From Candidatus Altimarinota bacterium (lineage in GTDB: Bacteria > Patescibacteriota > Gracilibacteria > BD1-5 > UBA2023), in contig JAYUQR010000066.1 in assembly GCA_043756665.1 (NCBI GenBank), positions 1 through 33,103 on the forward strand: DNA of 33,103 nt, read 5' to 3'. Positions 22,076-31,944 of the stretch are shown here, in pieces (within the stretch, counting starts at the first letter, position 1; each line of letters begins with the position of its first letter). The notes below the pieces were generated by a model, which saw nothing but the letters and a program-made list of their open reading frames with translations, searched no databases and was not told where the DNA came from. The position numbers and the translations under genes were made by a program.

Positions 22076-23251
22076 ATGGTTTTCTCTTTTTCACTTTCGG
22101 CGAGCAGTCTCGTCACGGCTCATGTCAGGCAAAATGTTTCTCTCGTTTTTGTCACCCGAGAAAAAATCGCGTATTCCTTCTCTCGGATAAAAAAATGGAT
22201 CTATTCCATCGTCACGGTTCTCAGTTTCTGTATTTTCCTTCCATCGAGTGGATATGCCGCTACGGTCGGTGATACCCAAGAATTCATCGTTACTGCCTAC
22301 TATTCACCGCTTCCAGATCAGAGCTTTTATCTCAAAGGGAATTATGATGCTGAAAAAAAGCTCAATGGAAATGGAACGAATGGTGCGAGTGGCGTTCCGG
22401 TATTTACCGGGATGATCGCGGCCCCGAAATGATATAGTTTCGGTACAAAAATATATTTCGAATGACTCGGTATAGGAGAAGTAGAAGACCGAGGAGGAGC
22501 TATCGTCACTGCTGGAGAGCGATGACAGGCCTATGATCGTATCGATATCTGGATGGGGCAGGGTGAAGCATGACTCAAAAGAGCACTTATCTGGTGACGG
22601 AGAAAGGTCACAGGAACGGTTGTTGAGAGTTCTGTTTTAGGGAAAACGATTAATCTCGCTGGAATTGATTCATGAGAGGTTGATATTACGCGATATGAAA
22701 AAGTAACATCCAATCTTGTTGGAACACTTCCTCCAAATATTCTTTCCGAATTTGCTGATCTCGGCTATACGAATGAGTGAAAAACACTCAAAGAAATGAT
22801 CATATCATTTCAGATCGATCATGCGATTATCTCGAAGGAAAATGAGTCTGGTGCAGGAAATTTTGGTCCCCGTACCCAGGCAAAACTCAAGGAAGAATAT
22901 GCTCGATACACCTTTCTCAAGGAGGCCGAGATACAACGAATCGAGTCAGAACGGGCACTTCTGATATCTGCACATACAGACTGGGAAAGTCGAGTATCTC
23001 AGGCTGAGGCAAGGGTCAATACATTTGGTCATCCAGCCCGCTGAGAAAAAGGGGATCATATACGAGAACTCCAGGCGTTTCTCCGTTCCAGTGGCTACTT
23101 CCGCGGGAAGGATACCGGCACGATGACTCCAGCAACGATCCTCGCACTGAAGTCACTCCAGAGAAAGAATGGTCTCTCTCCAACAGGAAGAATAGATACG
23201 CAGACACGTAATACCCTCGTAGAGACACTTATAGAAAAACAACTGGTATAA
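22076..23251 (+). CDS. 3D-domain (MltA-like lytic transglycosylase fold) protein with peptidoglycan-binding domains, about 391 aa (start uncertain)
   Basis: VTAYYSP, IAAPKGYSFGTKIYFEGLGIGEVEDRGGAI, RIDIWMG (3D domain); GNFGPRT and GEKGDHIRELQAFL...LQRKNGLSPTGRIDTQT (PG_binding_1); hydrophobic signal/TM segment near the N-terminus. Confidence 0.85.
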
Positions 23252-23257
23252 ATTCCT

Positions 23258-23608
23258 TTATGAATTTTTTTTCAGAATAGTTTTCCACAGAAATATAATA
23301 TCTCGTTTAAATTCTGCTACTTGCTGAGCATCCTTATAGTTATAGACTGTTCATTTTTTCGCGACAAAAACGATATCCAGTCCAGAATCTGCAAGATACG
23401 GTGCAGACATGTCATAGAGTGTCCGTCGGAAATAATTGCGATTGACACTTCACTTCGTCTGTTTTCCTGAGAGGAGAATCGCACAGCGATTGTGTCAGAG
23501 TGGATTCGGGAAGGTATTCGCGATGAGACTATACGAAAAGAAAGGTTTTTTCTTGCGTAAAACCTTTCCGAGTTCTTTTTCGTTTAAGCGAAATTTTTTA
23601 GAGATCAT
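23258..23608 (-). CDS. rnpA: Ribonuclease P protein component, 116 aa
   Basis: MISKKFRLNEKELGKVLRK...RCAILLSGKQTKGSVNRNYFRR...DIVFVAK; directly downstream of rpmH. Confidence 0.88.
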
Positions 23609-23617
23609 GTTGAGTGA

Positions 23618-23857
23618 TTAGCCACGAAATCGTTCTGTAAGACCAGGGAATGTCACGATTCGTGCATTTCCACCGGCGACATTATGATGCTTACTTTTTC
23701 CACGAACATTCTTGAATCGGTTCGGATAGCTCACAGCGAGAACATGACGTCCCTTTCGGCGGCGTGCACGCAGAACTTTTTGTCCGTCGACGGTACTCTT
23801 TCGAGCAAGAAATCCGTGGACTCGAAGTCGTTTTCTTTTCTTAAATTTTCCTATCAT
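23618..23857 (-). CDS. rpmH: 50S ribosomal protein L34 with C-terminal extension, 79 aa
   Basis: [37 protein letters not shown]; rpmH-rnpA synteny. Confidence 0.92.
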   Translation of the reverse strand: MIGKFKKRKRLRVHGFLARKSTVDGQKVLRARRRKGRHVLAVSYPNRFKNVRGKSKHHNVAGGNARIVTFPGLTERFRG

Positions 23858-23886
23858 ATATCTATATTTTTTAAAAAAGCTCGTGG

Positions 23887-23914
23887 ATTATATAGAATCT
23901 CTCTATGAAGTCAA
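23887..23914 (-). promoter_or_regulatory. Putative promoter of rpmH-rnpA
   Basis: Minus strand TTGACT-16 nt-TATAAT. Confidence 0.65.
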
Positions 23915-23944
23915 AGTTTTTTTCAAAGTTCTGAGGAATTTGTA

Positions 23945-25591
23945 TTAACTCACTTTCTTGCGCATAAGAACGACAGCGAAGAGGGATGAGAGGACGACAA
24001 GAAGAGCGATCATCCCACCAGGACCGGTTTGTACTTTTGATACCTTTGTCATGTCTGCTGACTCAGTTTTCTCATCACAAAGAGCCTTCAGGCCGAAGTC
24101 TTCATGGATAAGAGCTCAGGATGAGAGAAAGAGGGTATAGGAAGTATCTGTAGTATTTTTGATAAACTCGCCTTCTCCCGCTGCAGTGAACTTATAGATA
24201 TTATAGGAGATGGCTCCAGTGACACTCGACCATGAGAGGATACTCTTATCAGCTGCTGTCTTTATGCTGATCTCTCAGACATTTCCTATACTACATCCAG
24301 GTTTTCAGAGAGTGAGTGTGATGGGGTCAGAAGCAAAGTTTGATATAAGTGTCTGGTCTGCCTTGAGTCAAAAAATCCGAAATGTATATTTTTTTGGCTC
24401 GAGTTTATCGATATACCATATGTATTCGCCAGATCCATTCAGGATCTTACTCGTCTCATAGGTAACTACCTGCTCAGAGAGGCTATCTGGATTTTCCCCA
24501 TAGGCAATCTTAAACTTTACCAAATCTGTAGGGATATTCTCGACCCCAAAAGAGAATACTACTTTTGTTCATTGTGTTTCGGTTCGTACATTGAGAAATT
24601 TTCATACAGGAGTCAGAGCCTTATCTTTTACTGTGAGATTGACGACCCCAGTTTTCGATATTCACTGAGAGAGTGCATTCTTCAGGCTCACATTCACACC
24701 ATAGACACCGGATTTCGCTGGTGCACGAGTCTGTCCAGTATATTTCCCTGCCCCTGATTCTTTCAGCACAGTGACGCTTCCATCGATACTCACACTGACC
24801 TCTGAGAGTCCAGGCTCTGCCTCTACCGTCAGTGTAATCCCTGTACTCACCTCTACATTCGTTGAAGGGGCAATGATGAGATTATTAAACATCGGATCTT
24901 TATTACTGAGACTGAAGCGCACCTGTGAAGAGGTAATGACTCTATTCGTGGCATCGAGGAGTTCGACCACCACGATGTTTGACTGCTGTGTGAGTGAAGG
25001 AAGCGTTTTACTATAGAGTCCATTCTCATCGGCTATGACGGTTGCAATGTCTCCCCCATTCAGCTTAATAGCGAGCTTACTATTCTTTTTTCCATACCCA
25101 CTCACAGTAATGAGATCTCCCATATTGAGGATCGAATTATTCTCAGGAGTTATAATTGTAAGCGATTCTGTAGTGCCTGTATTCGTCGTTTCAGCCGTCT
25201 CTACTCTAATACTCTTTTTTCCTGCAGCATCCTCTACGGCATCAGAAACTTCGAGGGATTGTTCTCCAGTTTTTTTGAAGATAATAGCCTTTGAGAGCTT
25301 TTTCACACCTTTATCGACATCGCTAAACTGAATTGCTTTTCCCTGACTCGGGAGCGTTGCATTGTAGTCCGATGCCTGGAAAAATACAGAGCCCTTATAT
25401 GTCGGGATGATTTTATCATCTTTGTCTCGAGCTTCGACCGTGATATCCATCGCTTCTCCTATTTTTATCGTATCGACTCATATGAGGGTAAAATGATGGA
25501 TTTTCTGTGGTACAGTTTCAGCTGCTTGTACTCAGAGCATTCATGCGAATAGTCCCAGGATAATGAGAAATTTTGTATATGTTCGTTTCAT
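23945..25591 (-). CDS. Secreted Ig-like/FN3-like surface protein with a C-terminal sorting-type tail, 548 aa
   Basis: Signal peptide MKRTYTKFLIILGLFAGMLGVQAAE; beta-rich repeats (LTIITPENNS, ADENGLYS); FN3-like LSWSSVTGAISYNIY; tail VQTGP-GGMIALLVVLSSLFAVVLM-RKKVS. Confidence 0.8.
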
Positions 25592-25644
25592 AGATTTTTA
25601 GAATGAAGTGATATCTATAGCCTCCCGAGTATAGCCTTAATCGT

Positions 25645-26763
25645 CTATACTCCACTATTGTATGAGTTTTTAGCATGATATTCAGTATTGAGATTTATGC
25701 AAGCAAAATATTGCCAATTTTCTCAGACGGGAAGCGGTCTCTGAGATGTCATGATCACCTGCTCCGCTTCGAATGAACGTATGATATTTTCTGCATGGCG
25801 CATATCGAGTTCTGCGAATATATCGTCGAAGAGCAGGACGATGGGAAGATCGAGGTATTTACGGAGGAAAAATATCTCGATCTGCTTGAGTGCGAGGAGG
25901 AGGACTTTATTTTCTCATCGGGAGAGAAAGAGGGAACACTCCATACTCTCGGTATTCTCTCATAGTGGCGCTATCATGAAGGTAAAATCATCAAGATGGG
26001 GTCATATATGGGTATGTCCGGAAAGGATATCTCGTTCCGTATTTTCTCCAAGATAGCGGAATATACCTTCTTCCAGTCAGAGAGCGTAGACTTCGGATTT
26101 TTCCTGTATTTTGCTCGTATATCGATAGTGTATCGAGTATTTCGGGAGAGCGCCCGAGATCGATCCCATATGCTCTCGAACAAAATCCACCCACTTCATC
26201 CGATAGAGGTGATAGGTATAAGCCTTTTCTGAAAATGCCCTATCCCAATACGTGAGATCCCTTCTCTCGGCTTCTCCTTCACGGATCCTTTTCAGGAGAG
26301 CATTTCTCTGACGCATAATACCGTCATATTCCATACGGACTTTTCGAAATTGCCCGAAAGCACGATCGATAGTACTATCGATCGTATCTCGTCTCATACT
26401 CGGAGCAAAATAGAACAGATTCATATCGAATGGGGATACGAAGACAGTCCTATAGGGGAGTTGTTCTCTATATTTTACTCAGGAGAGGAGGGATCATTGG
26501 ATCTTGTAGATATCTTTCTCTTCTCGTCTGATGCGGACAAATGATCGTATACCGATATCATCTAAAAATGAGAGCTCGAACTCTGAGGACTCATGTCGAG
26601 GCGCCTGGATATATTGGAGCGATCATCCGCTCGCGAGATGGATTGCCTCGAGGATATGTGTCTTTCCAGAACCATTTCCACCGATGATGCAGGTATGATC
26701 GCCAAGAGAGAGTGTCGTATCGACATATCACCGAAAACCATGAATGTGAAATGTGGTAATCAT
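25645..26763 (-). CDS. recF: DNA replication/repair protein RecF, 372 aa
   Basis: GFRG, GGNGSGKTHILEAI (Walker A), MRQRNALLK, GPHLDD, SRGENK, LLFDDIFAELD. Confidence 0.92.
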
Positions 26764-26801
26764 GGTCTGCAATGGTTTCTAATTGGGATATAGGTACAGA
26801 T

Positions 26802-27776
26802 CTATTTTTTCCCGGTGATATCGATAAGCAGAGGTGCTGCTATACAGATCGATGAGTAGGTCCCGACGATGGTACCGAAGAGGAGTGCGAGAGTGAAGCC
26901 CTTGAGACTCTCAGGACCAAAGAGAAACATCGAGAGTACGACGATAAAGACGGTTAATGATGTGAAGAGAGATCGTCGCATGGTGTCGTGGATCGCCTTG
27001 TCAATCATCTGAGAGAATGGGAGTTTCTTATTTACCCCTTCCCGCAGTGTCGATCGGATACGATCCAAAACGACGATGGTATCATTGATCGAGTAGCCGA
27101 GAATCGTGAGGAGTGCCGTGAGGAGAAATGTGTCGATCTTGAACTGAGGAAAAAAGAATGACGTGATCACATAGAGTCCAAATGCCACAAGGACATCATG
27201 AATGAGTGAGACTCCAGTGACGAGTGCGAAAGGCCAGCTCGCAATTCCTTGGATCGATCATCGGAAGGCATACTGGATATAGAGTGATATGGCGATGATG
27301 GCGAGGGAGAGAGTGATATAGGCTGATTTTTTGATATAGTCACCAAATGATTCCCCAATATTCACATAGCGAGACTGTGAGATCGCGAGAGATGGATCAC
27401 TCGTGAGTGTATTCGTGAGTTTTTTTACGAAATTCGCCTTGAGTTCTTCGATTTCCGTGACTTTTGATCATTCTGGTGTCCCGAATCCTGCCTCGACAAC
27501 GAATGAGTTTGTCCCAGCGACTCCATAGACGGTGATATCATTGATAATCTCCTTTCCACTATAGAGAATCTCTTTTTTGAGTCTATTTGCTGCTGTTTTT
27601 GCACTCTCTTGTCACAGTGGAGCTTTTCCACTGCTGGCACTATATTCTATCTGTATTCCTCCCGTCATATCGATTCCGAGATTGACTCAGAGGAGCAGTG
27701 GTGCAAGCAGCGATATCGTAGATATAATACCAGCAAATATATAGAATCTGAATCGGTTTTTTGTAAAGGAAAACAT
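26802..27776 (-). CDS. secF: Protein translocase subunit SecF, 324 aa
   Basis: NLGIDMTGG, IGESFG, SLIHDV, LTILGYSINDTIVVLDRIRS, RRSLFTS, GTYSSICIA. Confidence 0.93.
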
Positions 27777-27786
27777 GAAAGTGAAG

Positions 27787-27828
27787 TATAAAATATAAAA
27801 TATAAAATATAAAATATAAAATATAAAG
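27787..27828. repeat. (TATAAAA)x5 + TATAAAG tandem heptamer just upstream of the secF start
   Basis: Read directly: 27787-27821 are five perfect units, followed by one variant unit. Confidence 0.9.
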
Positions 27829-27923
27829 TAAAGCCCTTTAGGACATTAAAGAATATTTACAAGAAATTCACCCCATTTATACGATGAAGAATATAAAAGT
27901 CAAAAGAAACACATCGAAATACC

Positions 27924-27952
27924 TTGCAGATTCATGTCTCTTAGGGTATACT
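27924..27952 (+). promoter_or_regulatory. Putative promoter of the prgI-traC-like pair
   Basis: TTGCAG-17 nt-TATACT, 26 nt before ATG 27979. Confidence 0.55.
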
Positions 27953-27978
27953 TAGTTACGTTTAAAGTCACAAGCCCT

Positions 27979-28401
27979 ATGCAGTATAAAATCCCCATAC
28001 AAATCGAAAATGAAGATACGATCGTAGCAGGACTCTCACTTCGACAGCTCGCGATCATGATGCTTTGGTGAGGTATCGCATATGGTATTTTTCAGAAACT
28101 TTCTGCTACAGCCGGAGAAACGGTAGGACTTTTTGTTGCTATTCCAATCGTTGTGATCGGAATTACGATCGCACTTCTGAAGGTATCAGAAATGACATTT
28201 CTTCCCACTATTCTCAGCATTATCCGCCTCTCTCTCAACGCCAAGTCAAGGATCTGGTCACATGGTACTGATAGCTATAGTGATCTCGAGATCGGCTATG
28301 TGATCCTCCCGAATCAGACAAAACTCACAGAAAGTAATAAATCACTCGAATCGAGAATCAGTGATGATACTCAGGTATCAGCAAAAATACTCAAACTCTA
28401 A
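27979..28401 (+). CDS. prgI: PrgI-family (VirB3-like) membrane protein, 140 aa
   Basis: MQYKIPIQIENEDTIVAGLSLRQL, two TM segments, RIW motif. Confidence 0.82.
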
Positions 28402-28421
28402 TTCTCGCATCTCCTATCCCT

Positions 28422-29147
28422 ATGACTGAAGCTACTCAAAAATCTGTACAAACAGGAACAAGGCCACAAAAAGACTCGAGCACACAGCGATACCTTCCAT
28501 TTTCTGAGATCCGTGATAATGTGATTCTCATGAAGGATGGCTCTTCTCGCATGGTGCTCAGGGTGCATGCCTTGAACTTTAATCTCAAGAGTACCGAAGA
28601 ACAAGATGCCATCCTCATCTCCTACCAGCGATTCCTCAATTCTCTGAATTTTCCGATCCAGATCATCATCCGTTCACTGAAGGTCGATATCGAGGCGTAT
28701 ATCAATAGACTCAAGAATCTTGCCCTCAAACAATCGAATCCACTCCTGCAGGAACAAACATATAAATATATCGATTTTCTGATGAATCTGGTTGACCTCG
28801 CACAGATTATGAAAAAAGAATTCTATATCATTGTACCATTCGACTTCGAGAATAATGAGAGTGTAAAAAAAGCTGATATGTTCGGTATATTTCGCTCATT
28901 TTGGTCAGCTCTTTCTCAAGAAGAATCGGTGGCTGATATTCGTGGAAATCGAGTCCGTCTCGAAAAGCTCAAAAAATGAAACTTCGAGCGACTCTCGACC
29001 ATAAAAATGAGTCTCGAGGCCATCGGACTGAAAGCAGAGCCAATGAACAAGGATTCGCTTATCAAGCTCGTCTATAACTACTACAATCCGAGATTACGAA
29101 CAGAGAATAATCTCAAGTCAGAAACGGAGAACTTAAACCTCGGGTAA
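28422..29147 (+). CDS. TraC/VirB4 N-terminal-like protein, 241 aa
   Basis: STQRYLPFSEIRDNVILMKDG, NFNLKSTEEQDAILISYQRFLNSLNFPIQIIIRS, KEFYIIVPF, LVYNYYNP; follows prgI. Confidence 0.78.
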
Positions 29148-29169
29148 GAACCCCCCTCAGGGGGGTTCT
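29147..29169. terminator. GC-rich hairpin between convergent traC-like and ssb genes
   Basis: AGAACCCCCC-TCA-GGGGGGTTCT, a perfect 10-bp stem. Confidence 0.7.
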
Positions 29170-29171
29170 CT

Positions 29172-29633
29172 CTAGAATGGAATATCTTCGATGGTGATAT
29201 CTTCCTCGGGTTTTGGTCTTGCTTTATGCGATTTCTCGACTTCTTGCGGAGCACTGTCAGCTGTAGCGGCATAACCACTACCATGCTCATCACGTCAACC
29301 AGGAGAAGAGAGGAGGATAACATTTTCCGCGACGATCTCGGTTTTATATCGTTTTACTCCAGCGGTATCATCCCAGCTTCGAGTCTTGAGATATCCTTCG
29401 ACATAGACCTTTTTTCCTTTGTGCATGTACTGTTCTGCGATATCTGCGAGACCTCGCCATGCGACACAGTTATGGAACTCGGTATCTTCCTGGAGGACAC
29501 CGCTCGCATCTTTCCATTTCCTGTTCGTTGCGACAGAAAATGTGGCTACTTTTTGTCCATTTGGTGTCTCACGGACCTCTGGTTCCGCGGTGAGATTTCA
29601 GATAACCTGTACTTTATTCAGGGAGTTACTCAT
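29172..29633 (-). CDS. ssb: Single-stranded DNA-binding protein, 153 aa
   Basis: MSNSLNKVQVIGNLTAEPEVRETPNG...TEFHNCVAW...KGKKVYVEGYLKTRSW...acidic tail EDIPF. Confidence 0.96.
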
Positions 29634-29826
29634 ACTATGAATAGTTATGTATTAAGATATATATCGTATGGTTTTTTTAGAAAATCACAAGGAATTTTCT
29701 CGTAAAATCTTATTTTTCTATTTCAAAAAATAAATTCCAAAAGAAGGAAGGGATTTCCGTGACTATTCATTTCGATAATTTGCTAATAATCCAAATTTCA
29801 CATAGAATAGGAGTACTCAGCACACT

Positions 29827-30930
29827 ATGTCACATACAATAAAAAAGAAAAAAGTACTCATCATGACGGCGACAGGATCCTATAATCTCTGAGATGAGGT
29901 GATCCTCTGGGAGGAACTGAAATTTCTCCAGAATCATTATGGAGATCTGGCACATTTTACCATCTTCACACACGATCTAAAAAGCGCACTTTTTTTTGAT
30001 CCCAATGTGAAGTTTGTTTCCTATTTTCCCAATAATTTCTGGGGGAATCCTTTCGCGAATATCATTTATTTTATCAAAAATATATGGATCATTTATCGTG
30101 CAGATATCCTCATTATCGGTTGAGGGGGACTCATATTCGATAATGAGCCTGATGTGAGTTTTTCTTCCCTTATGCGACAGTGGTACTTCAGAACGAAGAT
30201 CGCACGAATCTGATGAACAGCGATCGTCTATCTGGGGCTCTCTCTCGAGATCAAAAATGTAAAAAATAAGATGCAGCTCTGACAAATATTTAAGCCCGGA
30301 GATTTCATCATTCTCAGGGATGAGAAGAGTGTGGGGATCCTCGAAGCGCTTGAGATTCCTTGCTCCCAGATACCTGATATCGCATTTCTCTATCAGCCGA
30401 CGAAAATAGAAAAACTTCCTGAGAAAAAACGAGTCGGAATATCCGTGCGAGGAGGATTTCTCGGGGATACAGAAAAGGTTATCTCCGAAATATATTTCTT
30501 TCTCGAAGAGCGAGGATATGATCCTATATTTATCATCCATACAGCATCAGGGGATGAGAATAGAAATGATCATATGTTTATCAAACGGATTATGGAGGGA
30601 AAGAAATATAATATCACCGGAACGATCGAACAAACGCTCAAGGTCTATCCAACACTGTATGCGGTTATCGGTATGCGTTTTCACTCAGGAGTATTTGCTT
30701 GTGTCCATGATATCCCATTTCTTATGATTTCCTATGGTCCGAAAACGGATGAACTCATCAAACTTCTCGAGTTCGAAGAGTTCGTTATCCGACCTGAGGC
30801 ACTCAATATCGAACGATTTCGAGAACTCTGGATTCATCTCGAAACGCACTATGATGAAAGAAAGACACATATGATACAAAAACACGAAAAAATACGTAAG
30901 GAACTCATCACTAAACTCGAAACACTCTAA
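29827..30930 (+). CDS. Polysaccharide pyruvyl transferase (CsaB/WcaK-like), 367 aa
   Basis: GSYNLGDEVIL, IIGGGGLIFD, LRDEKS, PDIAF, GMRFHS, ISYGPK. Confidence 0.87.
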
Positions 30931-30954
30931 TCCTATTTTTTTACCCTCCACCCT

Positions 30955-31476
30955 ATGAATTGGCAAGAACTCAAACAAAAAACACTCCCCTATGTTGAGA
31001 AGATCACTCCCTATATCGAGAAATCGAAGGCGTACTGACTCAAGGCACTTGATTTTACACAAAAACAGATCCAAAATACTCCAATCGTCCTCAAGACCCT
31101 TACTGAATATGTGGAAGTAGTTCAATCAAAGCGCCTTATACTCATCTGATACGATGAGAAAAGTCCTCTCGTTCCAGAACTTCTCCTACGTGCTCCTCTC
31201 TGGTCGACCCTCGCTTGGTGAGATAATGCGACCATCCGTTTCTATACCCCTCAGCTCGCTAGTGAACTCGCGAGACACCTCGGATTCGATACTCCTGTCG
31301 AAATGCGGATCTACTTCGGTGGAGTTGAGACATTTCATGCGACCGATATAGAAGTGATTAAGTCATGGTGGAAAGATCGATGCTACGATGGACTCAATTC
31401 CCCTCAGTGAAAGCATGCTCAATCTGACTCACATCCTGAACCAATCGATGATCCATTGAGAAGTACGAAATCCTAA
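30955..31476 (+). CDS. Hypothetical protein, 173 aa (possibly thioredoxin-like fold without CxxC)
   Basis: MNWQELKQKTLPYVEK... is open with 4 TGA up to TAA 31474-31476. Confidence 0.72.
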
Positions 31477-31487
31477 TCTCTCTCTTT

Positions 31488-31700
31488 ATGATAACTATAC
31501 AACCACTCGATCTCCTCTTTCTCATCCTCGCCATTATGGCCATACCAGTTGGTATCCTTTTTTCGATGATCCTCTGGAGGGTATACCGTATGCTGGATCG
31601 GGTTGAGAAACTCCTCGATGTCGGACTCAAACTCCTCGACATTGTACAAAATATTGATAAAATTCCGATGATGATAGTGAATAAATTCCTCGGAAAATAA
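31488..31700 (+). CDS. Small single-TM membrane protein, 70 aa
   Basis: Hydrophobic LLFLILAIMAIPVGILFSMILW followed by an amphipathic helix; operon-like spacing. Confidence 0.7.
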   Translation: MITIQPLDLLFLILAIMAIPVGILFSMILWRVYRMLDRVEKLLDVGLKLLDIVQNIDKIPMMIVNKFLGK

Positions 31701-31805
31701 TGCTTAGCTCTTTGCCTCAGAGCTATCAGCACAGTATGCAGTAACCAGAGTGGAGCTCCTCCGTATGGAATGCCACTTTTGTTACACTAAAACCACCGAA
31801 TAATT

Positions 31806-31902
31806 CGTCATTCTGAGTGAAGCGATCCGTTCTCCGTAGCACTGCGAAGGATGAAAGAATCCATGTTTCTGGTACCTGAATCCTTCCCTCGACAGGATGA
31901 CG
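31806..31902. repeat. Composite palindromic (MITE/REP-like) element with CGTCATTCTG...CAGGATGACG termini
   Basis: 10-bp terminal inverted repeat with 1 mismatch; internal GAGTGAAGCGA...AAGAATCC and ATCCTTCCCTCGA arms; lies between convergent genes. Confidence 0.65.
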
Positions 31903-31944
31903 GGATAAGGAACAGAAGCAATTATTTAGCAGTTTTAGTATATT

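Noticed and set aside
23281-23289. DnaA box-like TTTTCCACA and possible oriC near rpmH/recF
   Set aside because: A single mismatched box inside the rnpA coding sequence; no dnaA or dnaN and no box cluster seen.
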